Source of the DNA: Macrostomum lignano
Taxonomy: Eukaryota
Length of the DNA: 64,000 bases
Reading direction: 5' to 3'
Assembly: GCA_002269645.1 (NCBI GenBank)
Contig: NIVC01002434.1
Span: forward strand, 1 to 64,000
Positions 50,666 to 62,332 of this stretch are shown here, one piece after another. Position 1 is the first letter of the stretch, and each line of letters starts with the position of its first letter. The notes under the pieces were generated by a model that saw only the letters and a program-made list of their open reading frames with translations, was not told where the DNA came from and made no database searches. Both the position numbers and the translations under genes were made by a program.

Positions 50666-51464
50666 GTCGCAAGACGCAAGACAAGGTGCGAGATACATTC
50701 AATACATTCCAGTACAGGACATTTTAGACTGTTATGTAAAATAATAATCGACAGACGGACAGACAAACGCTATGACAATCTGACAGATTCTCAGGCCGCC
50801 TGAATGCACATCTCATGCGAAGCACCGCATTCCCAAACGTCAGCTAAAAACTGTGGTTTAAGCTTATACAAACGCTATTTTACGGCTTCAAAATATTATC
50901 TCAACCCTCTCAAAACACAGGCGCCTGTATCAGATAGAGTGCAGAAAAAGACGTTTAAAAGTGCATCAAGTGTCGGGGCGAATTTTCGACAGCAAACAGG
51001 TAGACATTGCGGTAAGCAAAATTTTTAATTTATGTATGAATGCTACTAACTAATTAAAATAAAACATATTTTGTAAAAAAAATTTGAGTGTTTCAGGCGC
51101 TTACAAAGAAGTATGAAAATAATCAAATGAATGCAATAATCAGCATCTTTAGTAACTATGTGTAACTATGGATGGTGAAATGGTCAAAGTCCAGCAGCAA
51201 TCAAGTGGACAAATTTGAGATGCTTATTTAAAATTGACAACACTTAACAACACTGACAATGACACTGACACTGAACACTTAACACTGACAATCCTTAAAC
51301 TAATTTAAGGATAAAATTCATCTTGTTAGAAATAAAAGGTTAAAAATGTGACAAACCGCAAAAAACCACTGCGGTCTTTCACTTTTCGCTTTTAAACAAA
51401 TGTGCGACACAAAAATGCTAAACACAACTTCTAGCCCTTACATCTTTCGCTAACTCTCATTAGA

Positions 51465-52075
51465 TATCCATTGCAATCCAATTAGATATCCATTGCAATC
51501 AGATTAGATATCCATTGCAATCCGATTAGATATCCATTGCAATCCAATTAGATATCCATTGCAATCCGATTAGATATCCATTGCAATCCAATTAGATATC
51601 CATTGCAATCCGATTAGATATCCATTGCAATTCAATTAGATATCCATTGCAATCCAATTAGATATCCATTGCAATCCGATTAGATATTTATTGTAACCCC
51701 ATTAGATATCAACTGCAATCCCATTAGATATCCATTGCAATCCAATTAGATATCCATTGCAATCCAATTAGATATCCATTGCAATCCAATTAGATATCCA
51801 TTGCAATCCAATTAGATATCCATTGCAATCCAATTAGATATCCATTGCAATCCGATTAGATATTTATTGTAACCCCATTAGATATCAACTGCAATCCCAT
51901 TAGATATCCACTGCAATCCGATTAGATATTTATTGTAACCCCATTAAATATTTATTGCAACCCCATTAGATATGCACTGCAATTCCATTAGATATCCACT
52001 GCAATTCCATTAGATATCCACTGCAATTCCATTAGATATCCACTGCAACCTTATTAGATACCCATTGCAATCCCA
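51465..52075. repeat. 22-bp minisatellite (ATTAGATATCCATTGCAATCCR)n just downstream of the FoxO stop codon
   Basis: Directly visible. Confidence 0.93.
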
Positions 52076-52150
52076 TTACATTGCCGAATATGAAAATTGC
52101 TGACAAATATATCAATGGCAAGCAGAGATTAAAACAAACAAGATTGCTGC

Positions 52151-52489
52151 CTAAGCTTGCTCCCCCATCACATACTCAGTTTTGCAGTTGCAGGACTGCA
52201 GCTCTGGCTGCGCCGGCAGAAGAGACGGTTGCTGCTGCTGATAAATATTAAAAGCAGCTTGACTGATTGCTGGTTGCTCTTGTTTTAGCTGCAGAAACTC
52301 ATATTGCTGCTGTTGTTGCTGCTGGACTGACAAGCCACAGAAGCCAGGGGCAAAGTACTGCTGCTGCTGCTGCTGTTGTTCCTGCTGCTCCAACGCGTCC
52401 ACAGCCTCGAGAATGTCTGGCAAAGAGTTCACGTCACCAGCAGAATCGAACCAACTGCCACCGAAGCCGCTGCTGTTGCTTAGCAACGA

Positions 52490-52525
<36 letters not shown>

Positions 52526-55239
52526 ACAGGTGAGCTGGTTCATCTGAGTAGTTATGGACTGCACTGGCTGGTCCTGTCCGATAGGAGCTGTCTGCAGCAC
52601 AGCCTCGGTGAGCGACTCAAACAGCAGCTGCTCAGTGTCCACGTCTGAGTTAGCCAGCTGGTCCTGCGGCACCAGATCCCGCATCACCTCCGCTACGGTG
52701 AAGGGCGGCGGCGGAGGCACCAGGGAGCCGTCCTGCTCGGTGCAGTCTCCCTGATGGACTCGAGAATAGGAGTCCAACGGCGGCTGCTGGGATGGTGGAA
52801 CAGGCGTGGAGCTGCTAGCGGCGGCACCGGCGGCTGCACGGCGGGCCAGAACGGCGGCTCGCTTCGACTGCAAGTCCACCGTGCGGGCGGCGTCGGCGGT
52901 GGCTGCCCGGCGTCGATAGGCGGCACCACCGTGAGCAGCGGCGGGTGCGGCAGCGGCGGCTTGTCGTTCTTTGGCGTCGTAGTTGACAGTCCAGTAGGAA
53001 GACTTGCCAGTCTGGTCGTTTTGAACTCGAACGAACTTGTTGTGCAGGGAGAGATTATGCCGCACCGAGTTCTGCGATGGGGTTGTGGCATTGAGTGTTG
53101 GAAGGATCTTTATGAGGACCTGGGAGGCTGGCCCAGCAACTGAGGATCTGGGAGGCTGGCCCAGCAACTGAAGATCTGGGAGGCTGGCCCTGCAACTGAG
53201 GATCTGGGAGGCTGGCCCTGCAACTGAGAATCTGGGAGGCTGGCCCAGCAACTGAGGATCTGGGAGGCTGGCCCTGCAACTGAAGATCTGGGAGGCTGGC
53301 CCTGCAACTGAGGATCTGGGAGGCTGGCCCTGCAACTGAGAATCTGGGAGGCTGGCCCAGCAACTGAGGATCTGGGAGGCTGGCCCTGCAACTGAGGATC
53401 TGGGAGGCTGGCCCTGCAACTGAGGATCTGGGAGGCTGGTGGCCCAGCAACTGAGGATCTGGGAGGCTTGTGGCCCAGCAACTGAGGATCTGGGAGGCTT
53501 GTGGCCCAGCAACTGAAGATCTGGGAGGCTGGTGGCCCAGCAACTGAGGATCTGGGAGGCTGGCCCTGCAACTGAGGATCTGGGAGCCTGGATGTTGATA
53601 GTAATTGAAAATAAATAAAAAAAATTTACTGAAGAAAATTTGCAACTAAATAAAGTAAAATACTATACGGTAAAAGTACACAAATATTAGCTGAGGAAAA
53701 TGTTATTTTAAATTTGACCTTAATTTATCTGGAGAGGCAGCAGATCAAGAGTTTGAAATGAAATTTCACTTATAAGTCAACTCATTTCAAGATGAAATGC
53801 CTCCTAAGCTTTGCGCCTGGAGAAAATTTTAATTTGTACAGGAGGGTGAAGTTGGAAACGAGTTATTTCCCTATATTTCCTAGGTTACAGCGTCCTTCGA
53901 CAGAAAATTACTGCCTAAACTTTGCATCTTGTTGATTGCAAAATTTCTTATTTAATTAAGGAATTTGTTTACGCGGTTAAAATGACAGTTGCTTATAAAC
54001 ATTCTCATGTGCTGAATATACATTCTCATGTGCTGAATATACATTCTCATGTGCTCAATATACATTCTCATGTGCTCAATATACATTCTCATGTGCTGAA
54101 TTTTATACTGTCAACAAACCTTCCATCCAGCTGAACTGGTTGCATCGCTCCGGCTGCCAAAGTACGGAATGTTCTTTATCATCCAGTCGTAGATCTCCGA
54201 CAATGTTAGGCGGCCCTAAAAGTGAAATTGACAGACAGCTAAGTTGTAAGTACATTTGAAAAATTTCACAAACTTCAAAATCGATTTTAATCAAAGAAAA
54301 TGACAGGATAATGAAACAGAAATTGCGGGAAATAACCACGACAAAAACAAAGGATGCCAGGATATGAATTTAATCTAATTTAATCTGATTTATCAGCAGC
54401 AAAGATTGAATGAGACATTAAAGTACAATGGGAGAGAAAAAGAAAAAAGTCTAAAAATCTAGCAGCTCAGGCCTCTGAAGGATCAGAGGGGTGGCGGCTC
54501 AGGCCTCTGAAGGATCAGAGGGATGGCGGCTCAGGCCACTGAAGGATCAGAGGGATGGCGGCTCAGGCCTCTGAAGGATCAGAGGGATGGTGGCTCAGGC
54601 CACTGAAGGATCAGAGGGATGGCGGCTCAGGCCTCTGAAGGATCAGAGGGATGGCGGCTCAGGCCACTGAAGGATCAGAGGGATGGCGGCTCAGGCCTCT
54701 GAAGGATCAGAGGGATGGCGGCTCAGGCCTCTGAAGGATCAGAGGGGTGGCGGCTCAGGACTCTGAAGGATCAGAGGGATGGCGGCTCAGGCCACTGAAG
54801 GATCAGAGGGGTGGCGGCTCAGGCCACTGAAGGATCAGAGGGGTGGCGGCTCAGGCCACTGAAGGATCAGAGGGATGGCAGCTATGACTGAAGGATCAGA
54901 GGGGTGGCAGCTATGACTGAAGGATCAGAAAGTGTGGCAGCTATGACTGAAGGATCAGAGGGGTGGCAGCTATGACTGAAGGATCAGAAAGTGTGGCAGC
55001 TATGACTGAAGGATCAGAAAGTGTGGCAGCTATGACTGAAGGATCAGAGAGGTGGCAGCTATGACTGAAGGATCAGAAAGTGTGGCAGCTATAACTAAAT
55101 GATGAGAAGACTGGAGAAGTTGAGCAGCAAAAGCTCCGACACGGAAGTACAGAAGCTAAAAAAGCACTAACCTGAGGATTAGATTCGATAGCCTGGGTGA
55201 TCAGATCAGCATAGCTCTGACTGCCCCAAGCATTTCGAC

Positions 55240-55274
<35 letters not shown>

Positions 55275-55699
55275 AGTTGCGGACTGATGCTGCCCGGGCA
55301 CAGTCCAGCTGGAGCGGACAGCTGACTAGCCGGACTGGTCAGTCCCGGACTAGGCGTCGAACCCGGGCCGCTGGGCACAGACAGGAGGCACTCCTGACAG
55401 GACACAGGAGCCGCCGACGAGGCATTCGCAGCTACTGGCTGCATATCAACATCCTCATCGAAGGTCTGCATTGGCGACTGACAATTGACATATAAGTCAG
55501 CACGTTTCGGACGCTTGAACGATGGATCCCAGGTGGACGCGCGACTGCGGAACTGTTGCTGCTGTTGCTGGGGCAGCGGGTCCGGCTCGAACAGCTGCTC
55601 AACATCAAAATCCATTGGCACTGGTCCAGCCCTGTTGGAGCCCATTGGACTGGCAGCACCGGTGTCAACAAAATCTTCAGGCAGATTGCACGATTGCAT
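52151..55699 (-). CDS. FOXO: Forkhead box O transcription factor, about 514 aa; exons 55699-55172, 54215-54120, 53071-52151
   Basis: The forkhead domain is split over three phase-0 exons: [23 protein letters not shown]|[32 protein letters not shown]|[30 protein letters not shown]. Akt-type sites RSRASTW and RRRAAT; poly-Q tracts. The start codon is the first in-frame ATG of the exon and is not independently verified. Confidence 0.93.
53113..53588 (-). repeat. 28-bp minisatellite, same family as 34955-35555, FoxO intron
   Basis: Directly visible; ends about 40 nt before the acceptor at 53072. Confidence 0.93.
53998..54100. repeat. 21-bp unit x5 (CATTCTCATGTGCTGAATATA), FoxO intron
   Basis: Directly visible. 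Confidence 0.88.
54462..55092. repeat. 32-bp then 29-bp minisatellite sharing CTGAAGGATCAGAG, FoxO intron
   Basis: Directly visible; the unit type switches at about 54880. Confidence 0.92.
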
Positions 55700-56414
55700 T
55701 GGCAGTTATATTTCACTCTTATTGATGCTTATTTGTTTTTTTTAAAGTGAAACAACTTTAGTTGACTTAGAGCACTCTATGTGCTGGTTGACAGTGATTT
55801 AAATCTTTGGTTAAAGTTACAAAAATCTTTGAATAATTATGTTTAAAGCACTGGGATTAAATTATTTTTTGTTTGAATCACTGGGTAAACCAAGCCATTG
55901 TGGCATGAATAAGAGGTTAAAAAGTTATAATTCTCCTGCTTCAATAAACTAGAGTCACTAGACTAAAATAAAAAGTCTGTAATATTGCAAAAACTATACC
56001 TTGCATAAAGCAATTTCTTTTATGACTACAAATAAAATAGAGATCATAAACAAATATCAATATTAAAAAACTTTTTTTAACTCTTTAAATGGTACAATAT
56101 GAGTATAATATCTAACATGAAGCAATATTATAAGAATAACAAAACAGAATATACTGCTTTTAGTTTTTTTAGTTGTAAGTTTCTGGGTTTGAGTGCCTGT
56201 ACTGAGCGCCCATCTGCGTACATTGAGTTCATTGCTATTGGTCTAAGACCCTACTAAAGCCAACCCCAAGCCTACGAGAGGCTGACACAGCCTTCCTATC
56301 CGCCAACCAAGCCCAGCAGGTATTGCTGACGAGATGCCCTGTACATTGAGCTGCAAATTTGCACATTGTGCGGAGTTTGTTGACTTTGTTATTTTGTTCT
56401 GATGGGAAACTCAC

Positions 56415-56597
56415 CTCATCAAAGGCCAAGACCTGAAGGAACTGGTGGCAGCACTACCTACACTACTGCAAGTTAAGAAGGCTTCCAAGTGAGAAGACAC
56501 ATAGCCTAAACCACTGTGCTAGACAGCAGGAGAAGCACAGGTATAACACTGGTGGCAGCAATGGGATTCAAAGACCTACCAGGCCATTCTGAGACAA
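56415..56597 (-). other. Candidate non-coding 5' exon of FoxO
   Basis: Flanked on the minus strand by acttacag| and |gtgagt; stop codons in all three frames. Splice signals only, no transcript evidence. Confidence 0.35.
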
Positions 56598-57129
56598 CTG
56601 TAAGTATTTCATTAGCATTGATTGCATAAAATATGGCTAAGCCTATATTGCTAAGCTACATATATACTAGTACCTATAAATTTTACAATCTAACATTAAT
56701 GCTAAGTAGCTTTTTAGTTGTAGCAGGCAATAATGTGATACAATAACATTTTTATAATAAAACTTTGTGAGTTGAGTGAACTTTTTACTAACTTTAATAA
56801 AGAAGTTATATATTAAGGCCTATAGTTAATTACATAAAGACAATACAATCGATTTTATAAAAATCTATAAGAGTCTATAAAAATCTTGTAGCTTTGGCTT
56901 TATATGGCTATGGCTTTATAAAACAAGAGTTTAGACAAGATCTCAATCTTAATCTTGATTATCAAAATCTTGGCACTTTTTTCAATCTTGATCTTGGCTT
57001 TAAGATCTTGAAAAAAGTCAAGATTTTTTGTGACTATGTGACTATAGTGATTATAATAATATCATATAATATTTGATATATATATATATATATATATAGT
57101 TACTACTAAAACTAACAAGCTCCATATTA

Positions 57130-57943
57130 TGAGGGATATCTAGAAAGTAGTGTTAGGCCTACATTTCCTTATAATAGACATTTAGTAAATTGCATTGACA
57201 TAAGTTTAGTGTCATTTGAAAGTAGCAAGTCTCTTCTTTAAAAATGACTTAAACTGTGATCAATTTAGATTTATATTTTAAAAGATGTGTCCTTAAGAAG
57301 AGATTGGTCATAGACTTATATAACCTAGACAAAAGTCTTCTATATAGACAATCTAGCTTCATGTCCTCAATAAGCCATCAAGGAAGCCAACGGGCACTCA
57401 GCTTGACATGAATCATCTTTTATAGACGCTTGTAAACTGTAGACCTCAATATGATTAGGCGCAACCTAGGGATTCACCTGGCCATTTCTATTGGCAATAC
57501 ACATATGTAAGTCACTATTGGACAGAATAATAAGCTAGTCACGTGACTGCTCTTAGCCAATTGAATATTAACTAGGCTTAGTTTAGCTATATTATTTTAA
57601 GAAAGCTTTTTATTATGCCACATTAATCAAAAAAACAACTCATTTGGACATTTGACTCATGCATGCAAAAATATAGACGTCATTGAGCAGAATGCTAATT
57701 TTAGCAGGTATACTTATATTTGTCATTTGAATCTGATCTTCTGTGAATCTATGACCAAGACCAATCTCCCTCTATTTAAGTGCACATATCTCTTAAAATA
57801 CAAATCCAAATCAATTGTGGTTTACGTCATTTTAAAGAAGAGACTTGCCACTTTTAAATGATACCAAATTTATGTCAATGTAGCTGACCAAATGTTTGCA
57901 ACAAGTAGGCCTAAAAGTAACACTACTTTCCAGACAGCCCTCA
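57130..57943. mobile_element. Non-autonomous Tc1/mariner-like element (MITE) with about 190-bp TIRs and TA target duplication
   Basis: Termini ta|tgagggatatctagaaagt and actttccagacagccctca|ta resemble mariner ends (CGAGGG...). The inverted similarity extends to about 57314 and 57746; no coding capacity. Confidence 0.75.
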
Positions 57944-59239
57944 TATATAATAATTGTTTTTCCTTCTATTATCATTATTGTACACATTTAACAAATAATA
58001 ATATTAGGCATTAGGCCTAGCACTGACACTGATAGATACAATAGTGTAGATAGGCCTAATTAGGCCTAGGCCTATTTAATTAATGGATGCTAATTAGGCC
58101 TAATCTCGAATTTCTATTATCTCGAAAGCATAGGCCTAGTAGATCTCTAGACTCTAAGTCTCGAAAATGTGATATCGTCCGACCCCTAATCTGAGCGTTA
58201 AACGTAGACCTAACTAAACAAAACAATCATGGCTCGCATCATATGGGCATATGGCCATAGATTGTGGATGAAACTAGACTAAAGGATAAAAAGTATACAA
58301 TACCTCCACTGTGGAGCATTCTTTACAGCGAAAGAAACATTTACTTGAATTAAAGCAAATCGGCTAATTACGAGTGTAGCCGATACATAATACACTTATA
58401 GCAAACAAATTTTACGTTTTTATTTAAATTTTGTTGCTGATCGCTTTTTAAAAAACTCCAGTGTACTGTTTTAGTTACGTTACCTTCGTTCATTCTTTTA
58501 AAAATGATATTATTATTTTGTTTGTATCATTTTAGGCACTTAGCTTGTGAAAAAAATTTGCTGACAGCTAAAGAAAAGGCAACTCAAAATTTGTTGTAAT
58601 GTCCTTTTCAAACTACACACTCCGGAAAAATATACTTCATAAGCACGACTGTATCAATTATCATCATGCATGCAACGCAGTCTTCGCTATTGTCTTCGCT
58701 ATTAAACAATAGTCTTCGTTATTGTTTAATACTAGTTAGGTTTCGTCTCATAGCTTAATGCATGTATACTCTGCATTTAATTTATGCAGTCATTTTCCAG
58801 CCTAGATACAGTTATGCATGTAGCTAGGAGCTTGCATTTCTCCAGTATATTTACCAGTATATAGATGGAGCAAACAATAATCGAAACTAAAGGGTGATTT
58901 TCTATATTCACTATCAATTAGAAAATAGCCCATGATGCACATGTTTAGGAGTCATATTCTTGGTATGTACATGTATACATGTATGAGTTCTCAATTTTCT
59001 CTGCACACGATGGTGTCCACGGTGGGAAGCATATACATGTATGATTCCACCGATCGAGACCATGCATGTTGATATCATTGAAACGCCGGTGCGCATGGAG
59101 TTCGACACCGCGGAGCATCATCGGTGTCACTCATATCACAGAAAACCTTCAAATGTGCTATTTAAGGGGCGGTCGTACACATATGTAGCTCGAGCGCCAA
59201 CATCTGAGCTCCTGCTGTTGCCGCGCGTATTCGGTGTAG

Positions 59240-59480
59240 GCAGCGCCTACTATCATGTGCGTTGGGGTGGTTTTTTTTGCGCGTGACTCTGATAGCTCCC
59301 CATAGCACTTACAATATGCATGGTGCGACTTTATAGCCACACCCGGCCTGACTCAGCTCAATTCAGTCAATAAATATACTGATGGCTAATAAGCTATTAT
59401 TCTCGCCTAGAAGCTTGGCAACTATATATCGACTACAACAACAAGCAGTCTAGCCTAGCTATAGTCTCGTTTCACTCGCT
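59240..59480 (+). repeat. Interspersed repeat (LTR-like 3' end), with further copies at about 62100-62230, 62640-62720 and 63183-63275
   Basis: Shared blocks tgcgttggggtgg.., aatatgcatggtg.gacttt and aataaatatactgat..tattattctcgcc..cgactacaac..gtctcgtttcact..ctaca. AATAAA lies about 100 nt before a ..ACA end, as in LTRs, but no PBS follows. Confidence 0.5.
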
Positions 59481-59569
59481 ACAGTCGCATCGCAAGAAAA
59501 CCGCATCCAACGCGGGCATGGCCCATCACAAATTACATCGCGCTCTAGCCCCATGAACCACTTTTTTTT

Positions 59570-61290
59570 ATCTCAGACGACCCTCACAATGCTGGAAAGC
59601 GCCGGCGCAAATTGACAGCGCGCTTCACAGATTTTATCGAGAGGCGTCCGGAGTTGCAAATAAGAACTACATGTAGAAGTGCAAGCTGCTCTGCTACAGT
59701 GCCGGAAAGGATCTCTCGCACATCGTACGCTTCGGAGACCCTTCAGCGGGTTATGCTGGTCATCCTCAGGGACTTCGACGGTGTCTGGTGGGTCCACGAC
59801 GACGCGTCATCTTCTACGCCGTGGACGCAAAGCAGCACCACGACAGATGGGACGCCTCCGCGAATCGCGGATTCATCGCCTTCGCGAATTAATTCGGCAT
59901 CATGCTGAAAAAGGACAAGTGTAAGTTCGCCAAACCGGCTGTTGAATTTCTCGGGATTCACCAGTCAGCCAACAAGGGGTATCCAACCAGCTGCTGAGAA
60001 AATTGGCCCAATGCAAGACTTCGGGTAGCCCGCCATTGTTTAAGAAGTTCGGTCGCTTCTCGGCACCGCAAACTTTCTGGCAAAGTTTATCCCAAGATTA
60101 TCCGAATCAGCCCCGCTGCGACATTTGACCCAGAAGGGCTAGCCATGGGAGTGGACTGCCAGCCATACTGAGGTACTCAGCACCATCGAGAAGGTCATCG
60201 CCGGAGCCGACACGCTGGCATTCTTCGACCGCTAGCGGCAGACGGAGCTTCTGGTGGACGCGTCTCCCATCGGTCTCCATCCTCACCCAGAAGCAGCCAG
60301 AGGGCAGCAGCACCAGACCCGTGGCCTACGCCAGCCGAGCTCTGTCGCCGGAGCCCAGGCCAAACATCGGTGAGGTCATCGATGCGGCATTCGTCAGCCG
60401 TATCAGCTGCAAGTTCCGTGCTAAAGGGATTCAGCCTTCAGCAGATCCAAGAGTCTTCAAGGTCTAACACGGAGATCCAGGCTGCACTCAGCGCAATCAG
60501 AACCGGCAGCTGGAACATGCTCGACCCGGTGCAACGTGCACTTAAGTCCAGCCGCAGTGAACTGTCCGAGAGCAACGGGAGACCGGTTCTATAGCTGGCC
60601 TATCTCGGTGCGGACAAAACCCTGAAGCGACTGCAGACCAAAGTCTGGTGGCCAAAGATTCGCAGCGACTGCGAAGTCTTCGTCAAGCGCTGTGTCTGTT
60701 GCCAAGCAGCGGCCATGCACGTGCACCAGATGCCTCTGAAGCCGACGGAGATACCGGATGGACCTTGGCAACTGCTCGGCATGGACTTCTACGGTTCGGT
60801 GCAAGGTCAGATGCTGCTGGTCACTACGGACCTGTATTCCAACTACCCAGAAGTCGACATCATGCAGTCAACGATGGCCGGCAACGTGACACCGCATTTG
60901 AGACGGCTCTTCGGTCCGCACGGCATCTCTGCTGAGGCCATCACGGACAACGGGCCGCACTTCAACTTTCTATCGCAGCTTTCTCAGCGGATACTGAGTT
61001 CATCATCGGTTCATCTGTCCGTTGCATCTAGAGTCCAACGGAGCCACTGAGCGTGTCAACTGCAGCATCGGGAAGGTGGTGGAAGACTGCTGTTGCTGAA
61101 GGTCGGTACTGGAGAGAGGCCCTGGACGACTGGCTTCTGGCGTTCCGCACAACGCCTCACCGAGCAACTGGGCGGACTCCGGCCGAACTCCTCATGGGCA
61201 GACCGATTAACGAAGGAATCTCAGCCAGCAGACAGCCTATGTCATCTGGAGTCGGCCAGGAAGCCGTGAAGGACTGGAACCAGTTCTAAT
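59570..61290 (+). pseudogene. Decayed Ty3/Gypsy pol fragment: RT C-terminal half, RNase H, integrase
   Basis: Across shifting frames: ASETLQRVM..DGVWWVHDD (RT), KDKCKF..VEFLG, LLVDASPIGL and RPVAYASRAL (RNase H), LGADKTLKRLQTKVWWP..CVCCQ, PWQLLGMDFYG, ITDNGPHF and ESNGATERVN (integrase), RTTPHRATGRTPAELLMGR. Many frameshifts and stops. Confidence 0.88.
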
Positions 61291-62332
61291 ACATACCAGT
61301 AACTGTCGTGCCGTGTAGTTGGCATAAAGAAAATCAAGGTTTATTTTAACTAGCAAGTAGCTTATTTAATAATGTTTGCTATCTGCAGATGTTTGCTATC
61401 TGAGGTGATGCTTGCTATCTGGGTGGATGCTTGCTACGAGTATTAAAGGATGTTTGCTATCTGCGGTTGCTTTCTTTTGAAGGGGGGGGGGTGCTTGCTA
61501 TCTGGGGGGGATGCTTGCTGTCTTGGGAATATTTTCTATTTAGGGGGAATGTCTGTATCTTTGTGAAAGCTATATATTTTGTCGTCTGTTTGTTAATTTT
61601 AGAAAAAAAGATATTTATAGCAAATATCATTGTCCGTGACAATTTTACATGAATAAGGTGATTTTTAAAAGTGAAGAAGGAATAGGTGTTAAAGAAAATG
61701 TGATTTTTTAATTTTCTTCGAACTATTTTTGCTCCTTGCTTTTTGGATGCCCATAAGGGGGGCCGCACTAGATTGCTAGTAAAGAAACTCAAGGTTTATT
61801 TCAACTAGCAAGTAGCTTATTTAATAATGCACGAGCAGGGGCTGAGGCTGAGGAACACCAAAATAGTCACGTGATGACAATCAACTACGTACAAGTACAT
61901 AGAAGCTTAGGGGTACGGCCAGTCAGAGCGAAGGGAGAGGAAAGAATGGTGTGCACGTTCGATGCACGTACATAGCATAAGTTAGTTAGTTAGTCAGTGC
62001 CTAGAGCTCAGCGCTCCGGCACCATAATAACTGATCCGCAATTGCCTGAGTGGTGTAACTGTGTGTTTCGTTCAAACAGTTAATTTTTTATCTTTCAATT
62101 CCTTGCCTACGTACGCTTACAAATCGTGTGCGTTGGGGTGGTTGTTAGAGGCTGCGACTCCTCTAGTTCTCCTCTTGCACGTACAATATCAAATATGCAT
62201 GGTGTGACTTTAGCCACCAACTCTGATTAAGCTCAATTGTACCATGACCTTTGTGCCCGCAGGGCACTTATTCTTGCCTTTTAATGCCATAAACTACATT
62301 TAAGCCCGCTTGCAGGAGTCACATCTACTTTA

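Noticed and set aside
53072-53512. N-terminal 147 aa of the 453-aa ORF 52151..53512
   Set aside because: It is intronic 28-bp minisatellite read through in frame; the true acceptor is at 53072 and joins the forkhead exons.
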